From: Chromatiales bacterium
GTDB lineage: Bacteria > Pseudomonadota > Gammaproteobacteria > SZUA-140
Direction of reading: 5' to 3'
DNA length: 41,908 nucleotides
Assembly (NCBI GenBank): GCA_011053135.1
Contig: DRLG01000103.1
Location: forward strand, 1 to 41,908
This document shows positions 26,117-32,439 of the stretch, in pieces. Under the pieces are notes generated by a model. That model ran no database searches. It had not been told where the DNA came from and saw nothing but the letters and a program-made list of their open reading frames with translations. The translations under genes and the position numbers were made by a program. Position 1 is the stretch's first letter; each line of letters starts with the position of its first letter.

Positions 26117-27562
26117 TTACCAGTTCAGGGTTAAGCGTGCTGTAAGCAGGTTCTCGGTATAGTCAGCACCTATGCCTCGCTCTCTTGCTGTGCGCCGCGC
26201 ATCAAAAGTGGCTGTAAGACGGCGGCCAAGCTTTCGCTCAAAACTCGTACGCAAAGTATTCAAGCGATCAAAATATTCACCCACCACATTTGTCCTTCGT
26301 GAATCCATTGCAAAGGTAAGTGAGTCGCGCCGGTTGAAATCCCAAAGCCAACTCAATGAACTACCAATGATATCTTCTTCGCGACCACTCAACTGATAAT
26401 CACGGGATTCCGTATAAACATTCAATGCGGTTTTCGATTTAAGCGTGCGAAAATCAGTGCCAAGTGACACGCGTTGCCGTATAAAAACCTCGTTAACCGG
26501 AATCGGCCCGACAGCCTGCGCAGCAGCAACAGAATCAAGAGTGGGGTCGCTATACTGATCAAACGCAGATACATCCAGCATATATTGCCGCCGAGAAGAC
26601 AATTCACGGGTGTATCCCCCAGTGATGGTGCTGCGTCGGGTACGATGCTCCAAGCTAAAGTTCCAAGCCGGCCCGAAATAACGTTCCCCCCTACCAACCA
26701 CGAGATTGGTGCGTGGTGTTGGATGCCAGTTCACAGTCACATTCCAAAAGGCACCTTTTGGCGCAGTGATTCCACCTCCTCGTTGATATTCGTTGTCCTC
26801 ATACCCCACCGTACCTCTGACATCAATCTTTCGGCTAAAACGGTAATCTGCGGCAAGATCAATATTTTTCCATCGTTCATCCGGACGCAGACCTGTTGTA
26901 TATTGCACATAGCGAGAGGAGAACCCTACTTGCCAAGACCAGCGACCCAGTGATCTTGCATTAGCAAACTGACCCGATACTGCGTCTGCAACACTATCGC
27001 CTGCCGTTCCATCAAGGGATCTAACCCTGCTTTGCGTATAGCGAACTTCTGCTAACGACCAGCTGCCAATCCTCGTTTTAAGATAGGGGGACAAAGTGAC
27101 AGTAGCAACGTTTCGTCGATTGCCGGAAAAAGCGATATTCCCCTGCCCAATATTCCCCTCAGGGTCAATTATCCTTTGCAGTAGCGAGGCGCTAGCATCA
27201 AAGAAGAAAAATTCACGCAGCAGCTCAGCATTCATATCTGCCAGCAATTGATGGTTAGAATTATCGCGGTTGCTTTTCTTGCTATAAAAAAGGTTTTGTA
27301 GCCGGTAACTGAGCGATAAGTCTATATATCGCCCCGTTCCAGTTAATCGAAAACCCGGATTCAGTTGTGTAACATATTCTGACTCTTCTTGCCCCGCAGG
27401 TTTCAAGGAAAGGTTATCAGTATAGGTTTCTGATATTTCAACAAAAGGAGCAAGCTCCCACTCCGCAGCCGAAACAGAAAAAACCGAGCAACTGATTCCC
27501 ACCGCCGCAAAAAGATGAAAGGCCCGGAGAGTTCGCCCTGCCTTGATAGCCTTGGAACGCAA
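26117..27562 (-). CDS. epsL: PEP-CTERM system-associated outer-membrane beta-barrel protein (EpsL type)
   Basis: 481 aa. Signal peptide ...CSVFSVSAA/EWE. Alternating amphipathic strands throughout and a terminal aromatic residue (LTLNW). The TTG start abuts the epsG stop with no gap. Confidence 0.65.
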   Translation of the reverse strand: MRSKAIKAGRTLRAFHLFAAVGISCSVFSVSAAEWELAPFVEISETYTDNLSLKPAGQEESEYVTQLNPGFRLTGTGRYIDLSLSYRLQNLFYSKKSNRDNSNHQLLADMNAELLREFFFFDASASLLQRIIDPEGNIGQGNIAFSGNRRNVATVTLSPYLKTRIGSWSLAEVRYTQSRVRSLDGTAGDSVADAVSGQFANARSLGRWSWQVGFSSRYVQYTTGLRPDERWKNIDLAADYRFSRKIDVRGTVGYEDNEYQRGGGITAPKGAFWNVTVNWHPTPRTNLVVGRGERYFGPAWNFSLEHRTRRSTITGGYTRELSSRRQYMLDVSAFDQYSDPTLDSVAAAQAVGPIPVNEVFIRQRVSLGTDFRTLKSKTALNVYTESRDYQLSGREEDIIGSSLSWLWDFNRRDSLTFAMDSRRTNVVGEYFDRLNTLRTSFERKLGRRLTATFDARRTARERGIGADYTENLLTARLTLNW

Positions 27563-28459
27563 CTACGCCCCCTGCTCCGCCCCATAGCCATAGCCACCAT
27601 AGTATCCATAACTGTATTTTGCAGCGGTCTTATTCTTGTTGAGAACCACACCAATCATCTGGTTTTGGTCAAGTAAGGCCAATGCTTCCTTCACTATCGA
27701 TTGGGGGGTCTTTCCTGCCTCAATCACTAACAATATCTGTCCCATAAAGGTAGACAGAATAATAGCCTCTGCAGATAGCAGCAAAGGAGGAGAATCAAAA
27801 ATAACTACCCGATCTGTATAACGGCTTGATAATTCATCCATGAACTCTCGCATCTTCTGGCTATTTAGCAGCTCAGCCGAGGCAGGATTTCTTCCACCTG
27901 CGGTTAACAGTGTCAATTTTGGGGCATTGGTTTTCAGTAAAACCTCAGAAAGTTTCAGCTCAGGCCTGGCAAGGTAGTCAACCAAACCCAGACTAGGACT
28001 GGGTATGCCAAAGTATCGGCAGATCGAGGGCTTCGCGAGATCTGCCTCCACCAACAGTACGGTGCGGTCCATTTCCATGGCCATGCTTATCGCCAAGTTG
28101 ATCGCAGTAAAGGATTTACCTTCTCCCGGCAAGGCGCTAGTCACCATAATTAAATTACCGCGGGGAATCTCGTGTATTCCTTGGCCAAAGGCATTCTTGA
28201 GCAATGGACGTTTAATTGCCCGGTACTCTTCAGCTAACTGAGACTTGGCATCATCCAGGGTAAGCATGCCAGCGCCCTGCAGTTGGGAAAAATCTATATT
28301 CACTTCCTGCTGAGTTTTTCTATCAGCGGCTGAACAACCATCCCCAGCCCCGCTTACCCTCTCAGCAGAGGCGGGACTGGACGCCTTATCCACAGCAGAC
28401 TCAGCCTTATCAAGCTTATCGACATACCGTTCGATTGAACTCATCACATCTCGAGCCAC
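27563..28459 (-). CDS. epsG: Exopolysaccharide tyrosine autokinase (BY-kinase catalytic subunit, EpsG type)
   Basis: 298 aa. Walker A SALPGEGKS, Walker A'/B VLLVEADL and VVIFDSPP. The Tyr-rich tail is KYSYGYYGGYGYGAEQ. 28459 is GTG; the alternative ATG is at 28444. Confidence 0.8.
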   Translation of the reverse strand: MARDVMSSIERYVDKLDKAESAVDKASSPASAERVSGAGDGCSAADRKTQQEVNIDFSQLQGAGMLTLDDAKSQLAEEYRAIKRPLLKNAFGQGIHEIPRGNLIMVTSALPGEGKSFTAINLAISMAMEMDRTVLLVEADLAKPSICRYFGIPSPSLGLVDYLARPELKLSEVLLKTNAPKLTLLTAGGRNPASAELLNSQKMREFMDELSSRYTDRVVIFDSPPLLLSAEAIILSTFMGQILLVIEAGKTPQSIVKEALALLDQNQMIGVVLNKNKTAAKYSYGYYGGYGYGAEQGA

Positions 28460-30016
28460 TTACGCAGCCCCTCCTGACAATAGAAGATACGCCATATAGA
28501 CAGCATACAGCGAAATCAACATGAGTCCGCCCGCACCAAAACCCATTATTTCAGCCCGCCGCTTAAGCTTGGCATGCCCATTCCAGACTCTAGAGACAGT
28601 TCCAAATACCGGAACACCCAACTCTTTGGTTATCAAGCGCGCACTATCAAAAGCAGGTCTCACTTGAGACATAAATAAAGCAAATACCACCCCAGCCAAC
28701 AAACTACCCACCAACACAACACTAACTAAAAGTGGACGATTTGGTGCATCCGGCGTCAAGGGGACATGGGGCGGATCAATAATGCGGAATTTCACATTCT
28801 CTGAACTTTGCCCCGCTTCTTCAGAAATTTTTGCTGACTCGCGCCGAGTTAAAAGAATCTCGTAATTCCTTTTATTAACTTCATAATCACGATTCAGTCG
28901 TTTGAATTCAGCCTCGACCTCTGGAATGGTATTCACCAGACTTCGCAGCTCATTTACTTCGGACTGGAATTTTTGCACCCTGACTTGTAAAGCCGCCACT
29001 GTGGCCTCGGCCTCACCCATGGCGATTTTGAGTTGCTGATAAACGGGATTCGTATCTAGCGAGGAGGAACTAGGCTTGATCATGACCTTGGACAATTGCG
29101 CCAACTCTTCCTCACGCTGCACCTCCAACTGATCTATGGTCTGTTGCAACGCCTTCACATCGGGATGCTTTTCAGTGTATTTCAGCAACAAATCGCCCAA
29201 ACGCGTCTGCAAATCACGAATGCGCGCATCCAAAGTGGAACTTGTGGGTACTTGCATATTGGACGGAGCGACTATTCCAAATGTTGGTTCCTCACCACGA
29301 AGCTGTCGCTCCAGCTCATCGCGCCGGTTTACTGCCTCGTTGAGTTCCAGCTGGGCTTTTGACAATCGCACCATGGCCGCCTGCATGCGTTGATAATACT
29401 CTTGTCCCTCCTCGGGCATCATGCCAATGTTTTTCCGCTTAAATTCCTTCAAAACTTCCTCAGCAGCATATAGGCGCGACTCATATTCCTTGATTTGCTC
29501 ATCGATAAAACGCTGTGCAACATGAGAGTCTTTTCGGCTGTCACCGAGGCTAGTTTCAACAAACAGGGTCAGCAGCGACTGCACTACCTGCTTGGCCAGC
29601 TCAGGGTCTTCATTGCTATAGGCAATAGAGTAGATATTTTCACGGCCACTGCCCGACAGCTCAATGCTACGCTGAAGGCGGTTAAGCAATTCTTCCATTT
29701 CAGCAGGCGTTGTTGCCCCCAAGTCCATATCGGTCATCCGCGCCACTTTTTCCATATTGGGGCGACTTAACAGAGTACGCGTCAGAGTTGTCACCTCCCG
29801 GCCAAGGTCAGTTTGAACAGCCAAACCCTGCAGCAATGGCCGCAACACCGATTGCGTATCTACATAAACTCGCGCAGAAGCCTTGTACTGATCCGGCAAC
29901 TCGTAGACAAAATACCATCCACCGATACATAGCGGCCACGCGATCAAGTGCACATACCAGCGAAAACGCCACGCACTCCTCGCATACCCCATTAACTGGT
30001 CAATTAGTTCCTGCAT
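28460..30016 (-). CDS. epsF: Polysaccharide chain-length determinant (Wzz/PCP, EpsF type)
   Basis: 518 aa. N-terminal TM (WYVHLIAWPLCIGGWYFVY), a long coiled-coil periplasmic region, and C-terminal TMs (PLLVSVVLVGSLLAGVVFALF; GAGGLMLISLYAVYMAYLLL). Confidence 0.75.
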   Translation of the reverse strand: MQELIDQLMGYARSAWRFRWYVHLIAWPLCIGGWYFVYELPDQYKASARVYVDTQSVLRPLLQGLAVQTDLGREVTTLTRTLLSRPNMEKVARMTDMDLGATTPAEMEELLNRLQRSIELSGSGRENIYSIAYSNEDPELAKQVVQSLLTLFVETSLGDSRKDSHVAQRFIDEQIKEYESRLYAAEEVLKEFKRKNIGMMPEEGQEYYQRMQAAMVRLSKAQLELNEAVNRRDELERQLRGEEPTFGIVAPSNMQVPTSSTLDARIRDLQTRLGDLLLKYTEKHPDVKALQQTIDQLEVQREEELAQLSKVMIKPSSSSLDTNPVYQQLKIAMGEAEATVAALQVRVQKFQSEVNELRSLVNTIPEVEAEFKRLNRDYEVNKRNYEILLTRRESAKISEEAGQSSENVKFRIIDPPHVPLTPDAPNRPLLVSVVLVGSLLAGVVFALFMSQVRPAFDSARLITKELGVPVFGTVSRVWNGHAKLKRRAEIMGFGAGGLMLISLYAVYMAYLLLSGGAA

Positions 30017-30054
30017 AGCTAAGAGCGTCTTACATCAGAGGTAAAAATACTCCA

Positions 30055-30119
30055 CCGGCTGCAGAGCCGGCGGCTTCGGGTTACGGCTAAAAGCCGGATC
30101 GGCCAGCTACCTGGCCGAT
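30055..30119 (-). other. Cluster of three hairpins in the epsE-epsF spacer
   Basis: Three inverted repeats: ccggct-gcag-agccgg (30055-30070), cggct-aaa-agccg (about 30083-30095), and atcggccag-ctac-ctggccgat (30098-30119, a perfect 9-bp stem). On the transcript the last hairpin (ccggct/agccgg) is followed by tggagtattttta. Confidence 0.4.
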
Positions 30120-30248
30120 ATAAGAACAGAGGTCAGGCTTTACCGCATTTCATCCAGCCTATTATATACGTCACCTGAAAACAGGCGCATTCCAGATCCA
30201 CCTATCGGGAACCATATGGCAAGCATGGATGGCAAAAAGCATTGAGAA

Positions 30249-30866
30249 TTAAAGCCAGGATTCTGGAATAATCAGAATATCTCCGGGCAATACAGGCACA
30301 TTGGCACTTATATCACCATCACGGATAAGGTCATCAAGCCGCACGCCAAACTGCTGACGCCTGCCATTCACTTCCCGAACAATGCGAGCCTTATTGCCCG
30401 CGGCAAACTCGGTCAACCCACCAACAGCAATCATTACATCCAGTACCGACATGTGATCCCGATATGCCAGCACCTGCGGTTGAGCTGCCTCGCCAACTAC
30501 GCGAATCTGCTGACTGTAGGGCCCCACAAAACCTGTCATCATGATGGTTACCAATGGGTCCTTCAGATAATCTGCCAGCTTCCTTTCGATATCGCGCGCC
30601 AACTGTGAGGGAGTCTTTCCCGCAGCGGTCAAATCTTCAACTAAAGGTGTGGAAATTTTACCATCAGGCCGAACGGTGACGGAGACAGAAACCTCAGGAT
30701 TGCGCCATACGAACACCTGCAACCCATCACCCGCGCCGATGATGTACTGCGGACTTACCGGCACAACATCGGGGGGAGAAAGTGTTTTTTGCGAGCAACC
30801 CGTGAGACTGACTAGCACCAACAGAAACACAAGAATGGCCCACACACTCAACAGCCGTTTTTGCAT
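30249..30866 (-). CDS. epsE: Periplasmic polysaccharide export lipoprotein (Wza-like, EpsE type)
   Basis: The track ORF runs to 30983. ATG 30866 gives MQKRLLSVWAILVFLLVLVSLTGC/SQ, with a lipobox. Poly_export motifs: YIIGAGDGLQVFVW, DGKISTPLV and a SLBB-like C-terminus PGDILIIPE. Confidence 0.8.
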   Translation of the reverse strand: MQKRLLSVWAILVFLLVLVSLTGCSQKTLSPPDVVPVSPQYIIGAGDGLQVFVWRNPEVSVSVTVRPDGKISTPLVEDLTAAGKTPSQLARDIERKLADYLKDPLVTIMMTGFVGPYSQQIRVVGEAAQPQVLAYRDHMSVLDVMIAVGGLTEFAAGNKARIVREVNGRRQQFGVRLDDLIRDGDISANVPVLPGDILIIPESWL

Positions 30867-31110
30867 ATTAATCCCATAGCTCCAGTAACAAAGTCGATAC
30901 AGCAACTTCGAACCTCTCCCTACAATCCACAGCTGAGCAAGCAAACACTCGGGGCAGATAGTAGCACAAGATGCCTGTCTCATTTATAGCGGTCAACGCG
31001 TGAATATTTCCAATCTACAATTCTCAGACGGCACGTTACTTTATTATACATAGAGACACGAATCACCACGACAAGCACTTAAATCAACCGCTTTCATGAC
31101 GGAGAAAAAA

Positions 31111-31290
31111 CTGCATCCACCAAATCAAACAACTCCTTGCCCTCTCCCTTGCGCTACCCCAAAACCCAAAATAAAGACACCAAACAGCAACCATGTCGAA
31201 TTTCCTTACACACAATACTTGCAAACCCGCACACCCCCCCCCTAGCAGGAAGCACAATCACCCAACAAAGCCATAGAGCCACCACATCCT
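31111..31290 (+). other. G-depleted, C/A-rich tract in the divergent control region
   Basis: Hand count over 180 nt of the plus strand: G 17, C 74, A 62, T 27. That is C+A about 76% and C:G about 4:1. No ORF of 60 aa or more on either strand. Confidence 0.6.
31234..31242. repeat. Homopolymeric C9 (G9 on the minus strand) tract
   Basis: acaCCCCCCCCCtag, read directly from the sequence. It lies in the intergenic region between the epsE operon and the PEP-CTERM gene. Confidence 0.9.
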
Positions 31291-31427
31291 ATTGTTTTAA
31301 ATAGACTTTTAGGTCTGCCCCGCACTCAAAATAACACAGCACAACAATAGTCGGTTTTTTTTACACTTCTTAACCCGAGTAAAGAATATTTAAACATTTA
31401 TTCTATAATTACAGTCGGTTATGAACG

Positions 31428-31443
31428 TGGCATACTAATTGCT
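31428..31443 (+). promoter_or_regulatory. Sigma-54 (-24/-12) promoter of the PEP-CTERM protein gene
   Basis: TGGCAT-actaa-TTGCT against the consensus TGGCAC-N5-TTGCW, with correct GG-N10-GC spacing. It ends 65 nt upstream of ATG 31509 and is preceded by an AT-rich stretch (31381-31410). A GAFTGA-containing sigma-54 activator (prsR) is encoded 7 kb away. Confidence 0.7.
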
Positions 31444-31508
31444 AGAGTAAATGCGAGAATTACGATTAACCCAGACACAGCAGAACGAGAATAGAGGACG
31501 AACGAAAA

Positions 31509-32189
31509 ATGGGTAAACAAAACATAAAACTAATGGGAGTTGTCGCTGCAGCAGCGTTTCTGCTGGCACCTGTCGCAAATGCCCAGCTTTCCTTAAGGCT
31601 TGACGATGGAACAGCTACCGCGACGGTTACCGATACCAGTGATAGCGGCATGGTGAACTTTAGCGGTTCGCTCGGAGCCTGGACGGCCAACGTCACTTCA
31701 GGTTTCGGCGCTCCTCTGCTCGGATCCGACTGGATGGATGAGTTCGACCTTAACTCTGTCAATGTTTCTGGCGGCAGCGGCAGCATGACGATCATGCTGA
31801 CCCAAACCAACTTAACCAGGACAAATGCTCCTTGGATGGCTGGTTTTGGCGGCACAACCGACGGTAGCGTCTCCTTCCAGAGCTGGGTCGATGCTGGCAA
31901 CAATGCATTTGCGCAGAACACCCTGGTTAGCGACAGTGGCGTGCAGAATGGCGGCCAGTCATGCAACGGTTGCTTCGGCGGCGGCGATAGCGGCGGTCTA
32001 GGTGGTTTTTCCTTGAGTGGGCCATACTCATGGACAATCGTTGCCACCATAACCCATAGTGACGCCTTTAAAGTCACCAGCTTTGATTACAACGTGAAAA
32101 TTCCCGAGCCAAGCTCGCTGGCCTTGTTAGGCTTGGGGCTTATCGGCGCAGGCATTGCCTCACGTCGCAAGGCTAAGAAGACCGCCTAA
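31509..32189 (+). CDS. PEP-CTERM sorting-domain protein (exosortase substrate)
   Basis: 226 aa. Signal peptide MGKQNIKLMGVVAAAAFLLAPVANA/Q. The mature part is Gly/Ser/Thr-rich. The C-terminus is VKIPEPSSLALLGLGLIGAGIASRRKAKKTA, that is a PEP motif, a TM helix and a basic tail. RBS GAGGA at 31494-31498. Confidence 0.9.
   Translation: MGKQNIKLMGVVAAAAFLLAPVANAQLSLRLDDGTATATVTDTSDSGMVNFSGSLGAWTANVTSGFGAPLLGSDWMDEFDLNSVNVSGGSGSMTIMLTQTNLTRTNAPWMAGFGGTTDGSVSFQSWVDAGNNAFAQNTLVSDSGVQNGGQSCNGCFGGGDSGGLGGFSLSGPYSWTIVATITHSDAFKVTSFDYNVKIPEPSSLALLGLGLIGAGIASRRKAKKTA
32103..32186 (+). other. PEP-CTERM sorting signal coding segment
   Basis: ccc gag cca (P-E-P) at 32103-32111, then SSLALLGLGLIGAGIA and RRKAKK. 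Confidence 0.9.
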
Positions 32190-32210
32190 ACACGATCATT
32201 AGGCAGTTTA

Positions 32211-32250
32211 TAAAAATCCCCCTCTTGTTATCCAAGAGGGGGATTTTTTT
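32211..32250. terminator. Bidirectional rho-independent terminator
   Basis: Perfect 12-bp stem atccccctcttg / caagagggggat (32216-32227 and 32233-32244) with the 5-nt loop ttatc. It is flanked by AAAAA upstream and T7 downstream, so it can serve both the PEP-CTERM gene (+) and prsT (-). Confidence 0.85.
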
Positions 32251-32439
32251 AGCTGGCTAAAATATAAAAAGCAGGGACTCGTGGATGTACGATAGGCCCT
32301 GCCCAGCCCGCTCACTCAAGCGTGGCCAATCGGCCTGTCCATGCCGTCAGCACCAACCGGGTTGATACCAGCCCCTTCCCTTTACACATCCTCTGTGCCG
32401 TCAATCAGCAACGATAACCCAGCAATATGAGCAGTAGTC

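Noticed and set aside
31006-31020. Minus-strand TTGGAAatattcACGC, considered as a sigma-54 promoter for the epsE operon
   Set aside because: It matches consensus poorly (TGGAAA and ACGC). No other -24/-12 candidate was found upstream of epsE, so a sigma-70-type promoter is more likely, for example the TATAAT at 31043-31048 on the minus strand. That is also unproven.
31466-32077. 203-aa minus-strand ORF opposite the PEP-CTERM gene
   Set aside because: The plus-strand frame has a signal peptide, a perfect PEP-CTERM tail, an RBS, a sigma-54 promoter and a terminator. The antisense product is Pro-rich with no features.
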